Origin: Eledone cirrhosa
Taxonomy: Eukaryota
DNA: 64,000 nt
Assembly: GCA_964016885.1 (NCBI GenBank)
Contig: OZ024740.1
Location: 117,738,001 to 117,802,000, forward strand
Direction of reading: 5' to 3'
Part shown: positions 40,976 to 54,745 of the stretch, piece by piece
Numbering within the stretch: the stretch's first letter is position 1
Layout: every line of letters begins with the position of its first letter
The notes under the pieces: model-generated
Database searches by the model: none
What the model saw: only the letters and a program-made list of their open reading frames with translations
Told to the model about the DNA's origin: nothing
Position numbers and translations under genes: made by a program

Positions 40976-41031
40976 TGTCTGAAGAAGGCATAACATATTG
41001 TTAATATGATATCCCTGAAATATATATAACG
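40976..41031 (+). ncRNA. Minimal type-I hammerhead ribozyme
   Basis: tgt-CUGAAGA-agg-cataacatattgttaatatgatatc-cct-GAAA-tatata-UA-acg, then AATAAA. Confidence 0.75.
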
Positions 41032-41164
41032 AAATAAATATGGTTTTATAAATATAGTTTCCATTTATTTAATATCATAAATATACTCCAAATACTTGTT
41101 GAGTGCTTTTATATCAGTTATAAATATTTACTCGTTGTTAACCCAACAATTTAAATATAACTTT

Positions 41165-41420
<256 letters not shown>

Positions 41421-41707
41421 TTACTAAATTAATAGATAACTAACTTTTCCTGAAGAGTGATTCTGATTAAATCTATGAATGCTTTGACATGGCATATTGT
41501 TACATATGATTATTTCGTTACAGTACACCAATATATTCGTTCGTTTCGTCGCATTCTAACTATACACTGTTTAGCTTGTTGTTTTACATCTGTTTTGCCT
41601 TGCTCCACCAAACACACACATACAAACACACAAGCGGACAGACAAGCCTCTCATGCACACTGAGAAACATACACATGCATACACACAAACACAAGCATAC
41701 ACACCCA

Positions 41708-41759
<52 letters not shown>

Positions 41760-43179
41760 GATGTGTGGGTGTATGTGTGTGTGGGCGTGGGTGTGTATAT
41801 ATGTGACTGTACTGCATTTATATGATTGAATTTCTCCATTTATTCAAGCACGTGATAACTCTTTATTGAACGTAGAGCTCTACGAAGGACGAGATTTCCT
41901 GTTTTCTTTTGTTAGTTTCGTCTTTCTTACGCTCTGTATATATGTGTAAATGTGTGTGTTTGTCATTGTATGTGTGTACTTGTGTGTACAGGTGTGTGAG
42001 TGTCTCTATAGTGTAAGTGTGTGTGTATGTGTTGGTGTGTATGTGTGTATGCGCTGGTGTGTATGTGTGTAAATGTCTGTGTATTTGATTTGAACTACAT
42101 ATAGTTGGTGAGAGAGATAAAGGGAGAGCGAGAGAGAGGAAGGGAGAGAAAATCAATATCAGTTAGAAAAAGAAGACAGCTAAAACTAAATTGATCTGAG
42201 TTCAATACAAACCAAATATTGATAAACAAAAGGAAGAGAGAACAGAATAATGACTAAAGGAAAGAAAGAACAAATGAATTAAAGAATGAAAGGCAGAAAG
42301 AAAAAAGAATAATCGGACAAAAATAAAGGAGTAAAACAAAAATACAAAGATAAAAAACGATAAACAAAAAACAATGAAAAGGAGACATACAGAAAGTGAA
42401 AGAATGTGATACCATATAATCTCACCGTTTTTAGATGCTAGCAGTATACTAAAGTTAATTCCTAGACCCAAATGCTACATAGAACATGACTCTGGGGCTG
42501 TAATATATAGACAGAAAGAAGCGGCATTCTTTATTCAACAAAGAAAACAGGGGAAAATAGTTTATTTCTCAAGACGCAGAAGATTTAATATTGCAGCATT
42601 ATTTACTGAAGTTAAATATTAGGTGGTCATCTAATAAGAATCCTAATGCTTTGAACAAACAATGATATTTCTAAGACACAGCCAGACACAAGAGTGCAGG
42701 CGTCAGCAAATCATGCACATCCTGATTTGCCAATATGTTAGGAACAACTTGACTAATGTTTTACTGAAAGATAATACATTCGATTCTACCAACAAGATGA
42801 CGAAATTATAGAAGTTGAGAAGATATAAATTAAAAATAAAGATATAAATATAATTTAAATAACAAGTCTACGAAACATTCATTATATTAGAAGCATTTCT
42901 CCATATATTTGTTGAGTTAATAATGTAGATACCAGCAACACAGTAGGGTCGAAATAATCGATTTGATTTATTTTCTTTCGAGAGACAGAGGACCGATTCC
43001 TACAAAAGCATCTACACCAGTGTAGCACTGTTATTTAGTTTATTGATCTTGAAATTAAAATAATAAAGGAACATAATTATCTAGAAGAAAAAAAATAGGA
43101 TAAAAATATTTACGAGATGTTATGTTTAGCATCTTTAGCATTTGTCTCAAAAATATTTTCCTCTTCAAAACTTAAATAC

Positions 43180-44457
43180 CCCACGATTTCAATGTGAATA
43201 TTTGGTCGGCCGTGCTACAACCGGATTGAAAATTGCTCTGTTCATCAGTTAGATGAGACTTGACTATCTTCCTACATCTCTTTGCCAGACACTTAGCATA
43301 CACCTTACAGGGGAGGCTTAACAATGAGATCCCTCTGTAATTGGAACGATCTCACTCAACTTTAGAAAATTGGGATTATCACTCCAGATTGCAATTGCTT
43401 AGGTGCCTTTCCAGAGATCCAGGTCATCATTGAAAAGGAATACGACTGCGTACCTCAGAACCTGCCGAGTAAGGTACTGTATGAGTATGGGATCGATGGT
43501 TTGCTTCTTGTTGTCCTGATGTCTCCATAGGAATGTCCGAGTATTTGTGTTCAGATAAATGGTGCTAAATCGAAACCTTTCAGTGTGGGAGCCAGACTCC
43601 AACAATAGTGCGTACTGCCACCTCTCCTCTTCATTATTTTCATGAACAGGATTGACAGGTGCAGCCGTGTTGGAAGTCGTATCACGAATGGCAAGTGTAA
43701 AATCAGTCGGCTGGAATTTGAAGACCACATCGTGTTACTTACCTCGACAGAAGGAGCCGGGCTGGAATGGAAATCAGAGCTGCGAAAACTAAGACACTCA
43801 CCCTCTCAAGGAAGCCCGTGTAGTGAAATCTGTATGTGAATGGAGTTCAACTGAATCAGAGGGAGAAGGTCAAGTATCTCGGGTCATATTTACGAGTGAT
43901 GGAAGGCTGCTGGCTGAATTAAATGCAAGAAGAGAGAGAGAGAGAGAGTGAGCTGGTGCAGTAATGCGCCAGCTACAGCATTCGGTGATCAGAAGAAGGG
44001 AGGTAGGTGTAAAAAAAAAACTCGTTATCTTCACTTCAGTACTCGTGCCATTCCTTGCCTATGGTCATGAATCTTGGGTAATGACTGAGAGAATAAGATC
44101 ACAAATACAAGAAGGCAAAATTGGAGTAACGTTACTCGATAGAGTGTGTAGCTCGGAGATCAGAGAGTCACTCCATTTAGAGCCGCTACTTCTCCGAAAT
44201 GAGTGATCACAGCTCCGATACTATGGGCATGTGGTTAGAATGTCTCAGAAAAGAATGGCTGGATAGATTTTACGGGCAAAACCAACCGGCATGTGTCTCA
44301 TGAATAAGTGTGAGAAGAAGAAGAAGAAGAAGAAGAAGAAGAAGAAGAAGAAGAAGAAGAAGAAGAAGAAGAAGAAGAAGAAGAAGAAGAAGAAGAAGAA
44401 GAAGAAGAAGAAGAAGAAGAAGAAGAAGAAGAAGAAGAAGAAGAAGAAGAAGAAGAG
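43180..44457 (+). mobile_element. RTE (Expander/Rex3-like) LINE 3' part with inverted 5' segment and (GAA)n tail
   Basis: The plus strand from ~43472 gives VLYEYGIDG, PLLFIIFMNRI, YGHESWVMTERIRSQIQ and QLRYYGHVVRM. The minus strand 43180-43472 gives QSGVIIPIF and adjacent RT motifs. Confidence 0.85.
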
Positions 44458-44734
44458 TATCTGTTGTTTCTTTATCACAAATCAGTTTTATCGTTTCAAA
44501 TGTTCTATTTAATATGTAATATGTAATATTTCTGTTTGTTTTTTATTCTGCAACTCCCGATGGAGTCGTATGACACCGTATTGGCATGCTGCGTTTCTTG
44601 AGCAATTTAAGCCTGGCGGACTCCATCTACCCCCAGGCCTGAATACAGCTGATTTCTTCCCGAGAAGGATGGCAAATGAGAGAGCGGAAGTGAGAAAGAC
44701 TTATCAAGAAGTAGGAATCGGCACCAATACTAGA

Positions 44735-44878
44735 CTGGCACATTTTTTATCGACCTCAAAAGGATGAAAGGCAAAGTTGACTTCGGAGAGATTTGAACTC
44801 AGAGAGCAGAGAGCTGCAACGAATACCACAACGTACTATATTCAACGTTCTAACGACTCTAACACACCATAGCCGCTT
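44735..44878 (-). mobile_element. Degenerate SINE family A
   Basis: ttttatcgacctcaaaaggatgaaaggcaaagttgacttcggagagatttgaactcagag. Confidence 0.75.
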
Positions 44879-45995
44879 TAAACTTTTTTTATGGTTTCGT
44901 TTGTTCCCTGATACCTGTGAGATTGATGCGGTTCATATTCAACCTTAATAGCTGAAGGTTGACATTTCTTTGATATTCTGAGAAAGAAAAGAATTGGAAA
45001 AATTGTTTTTGGCCTGTGACCAGGGTGGGAAACAGTATAGTTGTTGGCATTAGACTGAGAGATGCGTGTGGCAGGTAGGCTTGGGTTGCAGTCATATGTA
45101 TTTATCGAGTCTATTTCTCAGTATAAATAGACTGCGATATAGTTTTAATTAATAAGAAATATATTGTCTACAATATTGTAATTGTCACAGCAGGGATATG
45201 TCTAATCATTTTTAAAATCATAGGGATGTGTTTACTTATGTTAACCGTTGAAAAAAATTTAGAATACTAGATTAATGTCTTTATGGCTTAGTCAGAGAAG
45301 GGACAGGGCAGCCATGGCTTTCTTTCAGAAGCTTAAAAATCAAGAAGATATCTTTAGAATTGCAATAGAATGAATTCTGCTAATGTCACTCAAGTACCAG
45401 GAAGTAGTGTTAAACGAGGCGGCGAATTGCGTATACCACTCAGAGTGTGGCCCAGAAATAATGAATATCATTGTTGTTGGTTCTCATGGATAAGCGTTTT
45501 AACATGGAACCATATTCCAAATAGAGTAGAAATTCTTCTATCAAACATGCCCGAGATATAGTCTGTATAACCCAAAAAGTTACACATCTCAAGTCAACCC
45601 GAATTGTACTTTTGTCACTTCATCTCCAATCGAAATTTCTGTTGCTACTATATCTCACCGGATATTATATCTCTTAATGATTACGTTTGTTTCATAAAGA
45701 AATGAATAACGTGGTGGCTAGAAATAATATGCTGCTGCTACTATTGATATAGGTATGTTACAAATCATTGTTAATAAAGCTAGGCAACTTTATTAAAGTA
45801 ATTGGCAAATGGTAGTATTGGCTATGATCAATAGCGTGTTTGTTTACATGTTTTCAACGGGACAATCTCTAGTTCAATGCATTTCTGATGTGAGAATGAC
45901 AAGGGCACGTTACTAATATAATGTACAGTGTTTTAAAAGCAGAGGTTTTCGCTAATATACACCAAATTATATAAATACACATCTCTCTCTCTCTT

Positions 45996-46084
<89 letters not shown>

Positions 46085-46105
46085 GCACGCACGCGCGCAC
46101 CCCCC

Positions 46106-46151
<46 letters not shown>

Positions 46152-46194
46152 TAGCTAAATATACACGGGTGTGTATGATTGTGTATAGAAGATT

Positions 46195-47652
46195 ATATTA
46201 ATAAGAGGAATTCCAACTTTGTCTGATTTACTCGTTCTATTTACAATCCTAAGTGTTAATTGAACAAGTACTTTCATGCTTTTGCAATCTTCAGGTTCAT
46301 GATATGTGGTGACAGTCGAGTTTGCAATTTTCAACTGTAATGAGATGGGTAAATTTACTACCTTTTATACATTTTATACAGAGAAAAGTGGCTCCAGAAT
46401 GCAAAGCCCTGTAAACTGTATTTCGACCAATCAGTGTGTAGTTTCACTGAATTACTACAGCTGATTGGTTTAAGTGTCACGGCTGGTTGAGCATGCTAAC
46501 GACCAATAGTCATACCCAACGTATCAATTGTTTTGCTTTTTGAAATGATGAAAATAGCATTTTCTATTAATCATCACCATCAACATCACTTTTATTATTA
46601 TTATTATTATTGTTGTTGTTGTTGTTGTTAGTGGTCGTTGTCATAGTGGTAGTAGAAGTAATACCCCTAGGCGTTATTATTGTTCATTTAGCTTGGGTTT
46701 GAATTTATCAATAAAATTCTTTTCTTTGATTTTTCTCTTGATTTCACTTGGGCTGTGTAATTTGTAGAATGGGAATATTATAAATATTCCCTGACCACAT
46801 GTTGCCAGGTGGCCGCTTATGGGTATCTGACGGACATTTGGGTCTCTGATTTGTTGACGGTGTACCCGTGCACGTTCCGATAGTGCATTTCCAGTTTGAC
46901 GGACATATAGTTCTTCACAATTCGGGCATTTAATGCAGTAAATTAGATTTCTGCTTTTGCAGTTCATATTTACATTTGGGAATATTTTTCCAGTTTTTGT
47001 TTTCATATATTGACCGGCGTGTATGGATTGACATGTGCCGCATCGATTATCATTGCATTTAGATACAGTGAATGATTGGTCTTTGTTGTTAAGGTCAAAC
47101 TTTGCTTTTGTTAGCAATTGCTTCAAATTTTTTGGCTGTCTTTTACTAAGAGTCAAAGATCGATCTGTGATTAAGCCTTTTAATTCATTACTTTGAGCAA
47201 TGATCGGTAGGTTTGCTTTGGCAGTGTTGAATATATTCTGGTGACATGGGTTGTGTGTCATTATAAATGGTATGACCAGTTCTTGGTTTCTTCTTCCCTG
47301 GGTTGTCCTAAGTTGTTGTATAGGTATTTTTATAGCCCGCTGTATGCCATTTTCTATAAGTAGAGATGGGTATTTTTGTTTGAGCAAAAATTCTCTTAGT
47401 TCTGTTAGGCGTTTGTACCTGGTATTCGTATCTTCTACAATGGTACAAATTCTTCTGGCTAGGCAGTATGGGATGTTGCGTTTTGTATGAAAGTACTTGT
47501 TCAATTAACACTTAGAAAGTACTTGTTCAATTAACACTTAGAATTTAATATTCTATCATACTATTTCATTATAATACCATATTATATATATTTTAAAGGA
47601 TTGTAAATAAAACGAGTAAATCAGACAAAGTTGGAATTCCTCTTATTAATAT
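46195..47652 (-). mobile_element. 5'-truncated Penelope-like element (RT thumb and GIY-YIG) with 3' pLTR and a short inverted pLTR piece
   Basis: ORF 46677-47504 gives HTKRNIPYCLARRICTIV, CNDNRCGTC, CKSRNLIYCIKCPNC..YVRQT and PKLN. 47487-47652 is inverted relative to 46195-46277. Confidence 0.93.
46261..46299 (-). ncRNA. Minimal type-I hammerhead ribozyme in PLE pLTR
   Basis: Reverse complement reads tgaac-CUGAAGA-ttgc-aaaa-gcat-GAAA-gtac-UU-gttca; stem III agtact is palindromic. Confidence 0.8.
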
Positions 47653-48929
47653 ATATATACACATGGTATTTATTATTAATTAATAATAATAAATGATTAT
47701 TTCGATGTTTCGCTGAAGCAACTGGCTTTTAAAAACCGTCTGTTTTGAAAAGCCGGCATTGTTCAGCTCGAGGCTGTAATAGAAGACACTTACCCACGAA
47801 GCCACGCAATGGAATCAAATTAGAAAACACGTGTTTGCATAGAAGCCATTTAACACTACATTCATGCTTATTTATCAATATACTACTACAACTGGTCGAT
47901 CAGTTAGAATGCCAATATGCAATAATGTTCTTCCCACTAAACACTGATGGTCCCTTTCTATAAACCCCGTACAATAATTTCCTAAGGAAATCTTACAAAA
48001 TATTCAAATAAACAAAGGATCCTTCATGTGGTCGCTTAATCGCATTTGCCTATGTAGTAGCCGTATGAAAATGGTCAAAGTTGGATGAGATAGGAAAATA
48101 TATATGCTTAGAGAACAAATAATTCAGCAACGCAATCCACATTAAGCAAGCTTCTGCATAATTAATGCCAGGAGCATTACAGACCTGTCAACTCTCTCCG
48201 TTCGACGGGGAGATCTGCCACCCACTCTGGGGTAGGTGAGATATGTTTTCTCTCAAGAAAATGGGTATGGCTTTCATTATGTAAAATCTCCCCATTTTAA
48301 CTTATTTCTTTTTTCCTAGTTACTCCCCAGTAAGGTCAAAAACACAGTTTTACTTAAAGACTATTATTATATTACTTCGATAACACCATTATGTTAAACA
48401 TTCGAAAGAAGTACAAAAAAGATAAGCTATTTTTCTTTTACATCAACTGTAATTTTCTTCTGTTTAGTTGTTCATGACGTCATACAACTAGAACTGGAAT
48501 TGGAGATTGGAAATAATATATTAGAATTTCCTTACGCAAACACATACGAAATAAAAAGTTGACGAGGAAAATACTTTTAGATTTACTTAATATTTATTGT
48601 TTTCTTCCTCATCATACTTGTTTTTTCATAGTTTATTTGCTTACTATGTATCTTGACACGACATTTAAAAGAAATATCGGCTTCTAGAAAGTGTACGAAA
48701 GGAGGTTAAACACCTGAAAGCATGTGTTTGCGTACGTGTTGTGTTTCTTTATTTATATACCAAAGGAAGCAATAAACGAGTAACTTCATTTTATGCATGC
48801 ATAACTATAAGGCTATTTACATTTTGTATATGTAGATGTACGGATACACAAACGCACGTCTAATGATTAAAAACCATACTACACGTGTTTCAGAATCTGG
48901 GCGTCGAAATCTAGTTTCGTATCACGTAT

Positions 48930-50455
48930 ACATAGGGTGCATCTATCTCCATGGAGACTACGAAATTATGCCCAGCCCACCCCCATATATATATATATAT
49001 TATGGCTGATCCCTCATTATCGAGTATAGCCATTGCACGATATACCATTATTAATAATTATTAATTAATTCTATCGTGCAATGCCTGTGCGTGAAGATAT
49101 TTTTTTAAGTGAGGAAAGACTGTGCACTGAGCCAATCCCACTCTCTGAGTGACAGTAGCTATAACCCGAAAAGAAAAAAAGTCAACATCATCGGTAACTA
49201 CTGAGCCGCAGGTTTTATATATTAAACAGAGGATGTCTGTCTGTCTGTCTGTGTAAATCCCTAAAAATCGAGAAGTACCCGACCGATTTTTTTCAAACTT
49301 TACACATACATTAGTTATATTTCTTGAAGAGCAATGGGCTAAACTTTAACCTTTTCTGTCCTTTTGGGCGAAAAACCGCATTTTAAAGGCATTTTTAGGC
49401 TTTTTTGAGGCGTAACTTAAAGATAATCCATCTGATTTCCTCGACATTTGCAGCACACATTAGTTAGTCCCCTCGCATTGCTGTGGACAAAAACAATTCT
49501 AATTCTATTAATGTTTTGTAGGAAATTTACGAATTAGCATTGGGCTTTACATGCCATTTTCATTTTCAATATAAACCCTACTTAAACATGGTAAGTAGCG
49601 TATAATATTTCGTTAAAAATCTTTTTTATTTAACAAAGGACACAATATTTACTTACTTTTAAGTAGGAATATTTTCGGGGGATTGATGAAATAAGGAGGA
49701 CCTTAAAATGTTTGTCGGCGCCCCGTTGACGCTTCGTGCTTTCATCACGCACAAATCCGGGCCCTGTGTACGTTACGGTGTTATTGACACCGTAAAACTC
49801 ACGTCTGTGATACTTCTACTAAGACCCCTTTTGTTGCACCTACAGCACAGTATGAACGCTCTGCGCAAGTACACCGGACAGTGGTTGTGCTAATTCCGTG
49901 GTGACCCCTTTTGTCGCACCTTTGTTGCTGTGTAAACGCAGTGCAACCAGTGCCGCCCAGCGTTTGAGCTAATTGCACAAGGACGCCCTTCTGCTGCAGC
50001 TGCGTTGCCACGCTGATTTCTTCATTTCAATATCCCTATTTAAACGTACATCCCTAATTGGTTTTCACACAATTGACTACGTCGCTCCTTCAGACTGACG
50101 TATGTTCCCCATCCGTGACGTAATTCGTGAACAGACTTACGACATAGATCGCTCCACAACACTTCCTTACTCCTTTCGCATACAGGATTTCCACAAGCAG
50201 CCCACTGACACTGCTACTACTGGATTCGGCCTACTGGTGCTCTACGTTTCTAGTAGATGAACAATCATTCCCTGAAAATAAGGGAATTCAAAAAGTACAC
50301 AGCTACATTCCTCAATCTTTGCATATGCGTGTTGCTATTTCACGTTTCCTACCCCGTGCAACGCCGGGTCCTGCTGCTAATATATATATATATATATGGG
50401 GATGGGCTGGGCATCATTTCGTAGTCTCCATGAAGATACATGCACCCTATAAATA
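48930..50455. repeat. Inverted ~60-bp arms (48930-48990 / 50395-50455) separated by (TA)n and an inserted Helitron
   Basis: atagggtgcatctatctccatggagactacgaaattatgcccagccca / tgggctgggcatcatttcgtagtctccatgaagatacatgcaccctat. Confidence 0.85.
49214..50380 (+). mobile_element. Non-autonomous Helitron-like element
   Basis: 5' t(t)tatatattaaa, then (GTCT)n and accgatttttttcaaactttt. The 3' hairpin cccgtgcaacgccggg is followed by CTAA|T (CTRR). Confidence 0.75.
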
Positions 50456-50634
50456 TTTATCCTCCATCCACCCACCACCATCTGTACATGCCTCATACCC
50501 TTTCACCACTTCTTTGCAACTTATTGTCCCACTCATATGTTATTTTAATTTTCATTTTATATCCTTTTATCTTAATTTTTTCCTTTTATTTTAATGCCCC
50601 CTCCCCCCTCGGATCCCCTCTCCTTCCCACCATT

Positions 50635-50666
50635 CTCCTGATGAAGGGCTTATGCCCGAAACGTCG
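50635..50666 (+). ncRNA. Minimal Penelope-type hammerhead motif (stem I weak)
   Basis: ctc-CUGAUGA-a-gggc-ttat-gccc-GAAA-cg-UC-g. Confidence 0.7.
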
Positions 50667-50728
50667 CCCCGACCCACCACGTGAACCTAATACCTAACAC
50701 CTTTCGTAACTGTACTCCTTGTTATTTA

Positions 50729-50784
<56 letters not shown>

Positions 50785-50787
<3 letters not shown>

Positions 50788-52620
50788 TAAAATAACAGAT
50801 TAAAGTTTAAGCAAAGAATCGCTGCTTTCACCCTTAACGGGATCTTCCGAAACTAACAAAGTCAATCTGTAAACGCAGAAGTGGATATTTCAAAAAACGT
50901 TGCAACTGGAGGAAGACAAGAAGACGATACTTTGGTTCGTGGAAACGTTCGCTGGCAAAGAACGGGAAAAAACGAATATAATACGTCATTAATAGGAGCG
51001 GTGAAAAACAATTACGCGCAAAGACAGAACCACGTTGATGGTATAAAAGAGGTCGTAGACTAATGTTCTCTTAGGTGGTTCATAGAGACGTTATCTGGCA
51101 ATGAACGAAAAAAACAAAGATAATACGTCATATGTGGAGCGTGGAGAACAATAGCACGCAAAGACAAAACCACGTAAATGGTATAGCAGAAGTCGTAGAC
51201 TAAAATTCTAACAAGGAGACCGAATGAATCTCCGCTACAGAGTTAAGAACAAAGTAAATAAATACAATACAGAAGTAATAGAAATAAATAAATACATACA
51301 CGCAAACAAGTACGTACATACACAAGCATACGCAAAACACTTACCATAGGTATACAAAACCACGCCCATATAAATATGTGTGTGTGTGTATGCGTGTATA
51401 CAAATAAATAAATAATTATATAAACGTATATAAATAAATAAATACGTATATAACAAGCGCACACACATACCTACATGTAAATACACGAATGTTCGGAGAC
51501 ATAAGTCAACCAAAACATGAAGTACACATATACACACACCCTACATACGTACGAACCTGCATACTCACACAGACGCAAAAACTCCCGTATACACATAGCC
51601 AAACCATATGTACCAGAAAATATAAAATTATACGCCATAACATAAACAATCAAATATACGTACGAGAAGGTATACGTACCTTGACAAAACATACGGGTAA
51701 TATATACTTACCTATGCAAATAAGTAATGGTATAAACAAAACATATACTTAGCTCCCATATCAAGACGTAAAATATCCACGTATAGATCGTACTATCCGT
51801 TAGGGTATAACGTGGGGCTGTAATACAGGAAAGTTTTGTGCAATTTATGTTTACAAGCCGAAATTGCCTCAGATTTTTTGTTTAAGATGTGGTCTGTGGC
51901 GTAGAGTATTTCCAGAGCCTCAGCGGCGCAGAGGGCACATGATCCTTTATTAACGTTATACGATCTAGCCCTAGCTAGGATCTCCCAGTGTAACTTATAT
52001 TGGGTGTGATTGTCTTTTAGACTCCAGATATAAGCTGAAAGTGACGTCATATTCCTTCTTAGAGGGTAACGAAAAGAATGGGTATGCATGTAAAGACGCT
52101 TGAATCTATTGGCGGTTAACCCTATGTAGGCCCTACGGGACGTGGGTGTTACAACCTTACATTTGTAGACAATGTTACTAGAGAGGCATTTCCCGGATAG
52201 GGGGCAATCAACCCGATTCCTACAATTACAGTTAGTACTAACTACAGGGTTGCACGTGTTCCTACGGCTAGGTAGTTTAGCTAAATTTGAAGCTGTGATG
52301 TTATGGGCAAGGTTAGGAGTCGTAGAGTAAACATTTTTAATACTATTTCTATTAAAAATTTTACTATATTTATGTGTAGGGGGAAAATGCTTCGTAATAA
52401 GGGAAAGAAAGATATTAGCTAATGGTGTGGCCACCTCCATATTATATGGTGGGTTATACCAACAAATGCGACGGGATCTATTTCTTCTAGGTCTATTTTC
52501 GTACTCTGTATATGCTACCTTATCGACAAATCCACTTCGAGCAAGAGCTTCATTGTAATAAGTGGAATGGTCGTTGAAAATACGCTCGTTGGTGGAAAAA
52601 CGGGAAAGCCTCAACGAAAC
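50785..52620 (-). mobile_element. 5'-truncated Penelope-like element (GIY-YIG ORF 51793-52614) with long 3' non-coding region and degenerate HHR (50815-50852)
   Basis: WYNPPY...KHFP...KIFNRN, CNCRNRVDCPLSGKCL..IVYKC...YIGLT..RFK, CALC. The minus strand has CGGAAGA-tccc-gttaa-gggt-GAAA. Confidence 0.9.
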
Positions 52621-53719
52621 GTATATACATATATATAAATATCATCATCATAATCATATCCGTTTGACGTCTATATCGCATGAGTTAGACCGACTATCAC
52701 GTACTCTGGATAGACAGACTTCGAAACTTTGTTCCTTAGGCTGAACGCCCTATGCGTTTTCTTCCTCAGCCTCGGAAAGCATTGATAGGTGTGTAATGCT
52801 GCTGGCCGGTGGTGAGGATGACAGCCCACAACTTGCGTAGAAGCGTTGGGTCTTGGAGTGGACTTGAAGCAAGTGGTTGGTGCCTGGCATGTTATGGATC
52901 ATGCTTAGCTGTCTGTATATGATCGCGTAGTTCTTGGACACCAAATTGGCATTACAAAGCTTTTATCGACGTAAATCTAAGGTCGAAGCCATGCGCTTAA
53001 GTTACCATAGAGACATCTCGATCTCGGGTCGAATAATGTGAAGCAAACGTCTCAATCACACACGATGTTTTCACCTTAAATTATGCACAAATATTATGAA
53101 ACCAATTCAAACAACTGTATGTTTTTCTCTGCCAAATAATTATTACACGTATCTTCATCAGTCTACACCGTATTGCTATTACGCTATAAAAAAATAAAAT
53201 GAAAAATAAACCCTAGAACTAAAATATTTCATAGCTATCACAGCGTATTATTCCATATATATCTTTTTCATGAAGCTGTTTACAATAACAATAATAACTA
53301 TAACAACTGCAATAAGAATAGGATTGAGATAATAACAATAAGAAGAATAAAATAATGATAATAAAGACAAAATTCACCAGTATTTTTATCATTGCATCAT
53401 GATTTGAAAAGGTGAAGAAAACCAAATTCCTTTTGAATAATGCACTGATTTATTAAAGATACTTGGATGAAACAAAGATCAAATGAAGGAATCAACGAAG
53501 GAGAGAATTTTGTTTTGAATTGATCTTAGACCATAACATATAAAACTAACAAGCACGTATACGTAAACAGACATTCTTATGCACAAACGGAGACCCTAGT
53601 TAACTAAGCATACACGTACATATACGAACACACACAAATATACGTCTTCACACATACTTATATGCAAATATGTCTACAAACATGAGTAACTGTTGAACAC
53701 ACACACACGCACTCATGCA

Positions 53720-53788
<69 letters not shown>

Positions 53789-54330
53789 CAATACAAACAA
53801 ATGGACTGATTTACTAAAAATATTTGGTTCACACAAAGAAAAAATATAAATCAAGTGATTGACCAAAGGAAGGATCAGTTGCTTTGATGTTTGAGATGAT
53901 ATCCGACAGTAAGACCTCTTAATACTATATATACGCTCAAGTACACATATGCAAAGAGGTAATTATTCATGCAAATAAATAATGATGCAAAGAAAAATAT
54001 GGGCAGACAGAAGAATTAAGCTGTGAAGCATTGGTGTTATATTCAAGAACGTAGCTATCATTTCAGCTATGTTATACAGAGATGACATCTATATGACGCT
54101 CAAATGCATATATTTTTCAGACGTCAGCTATACACATATACACATATACGCCATACACACATATCACACAGACACAGACACATGCACACACATATACACA
54201 TGTATACATATATACACATACACAGATATATATATATGAAATTCTTTTTAGAAAATAAAGAAAACCAAAACGCAGCAAAGGCTGTAAAAACAGTCCATTG
54301 CTATAAGTAATAGTTTAGAAAATCAGATAA

Positions 54331-54331
54331 A

Positions 54332-54421
<90 letters not shown>
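54331..54421. repeat. (ATT)n microsatellite at the 5' flank of the Tx1 element
   Basis: About 30 perfect ATT units. Confidence 0.95.
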
Positions 54422-54745
54422 GAATGCTATGGTTGACGGAGGCTCGGCTCTGTAAGGTATTGTAAATTTTGACCGCTATAACAATTGTAAATTGTTTAAA
54501 ACTTTAACCAACTTGTAGACAAAAACACCCTCCTCCTCGTGAGAGGGGTCTTTCTGCCCGTTATTTGGCCCTTCGGGGTTAAATAACCGCTTATTGGGGT
54601 TTTGTGCCCAATATTTATTTTAAACAAAAAAACAACATGGCTACGAAAAAGAATTTTCATAGGTCACTCCCACTCATTCCGTCTTCTTTTTCCTCAATCG
54701 TCACGACAGCAGAGAGAAGATTGTCTCTCTCCCTCCCTTCTCTAA

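Larger units (their letters stand above)
40271..41130. mobile_element. HHR-bearing element with ~190-bp inverted arms (40271-40462 / 40878-41077), same family as 5457-6200
   Basis: The arms are near-perfect reverse complements, separated by a GA-rich spacer. (TA)n lies on both sides. Confidence 0.88.

Noticed and set aside
52640-52990. Possible LINE 3' fragment next to (CAT)n
   Set aside because: No diagnostic motif could be recovered by eye.
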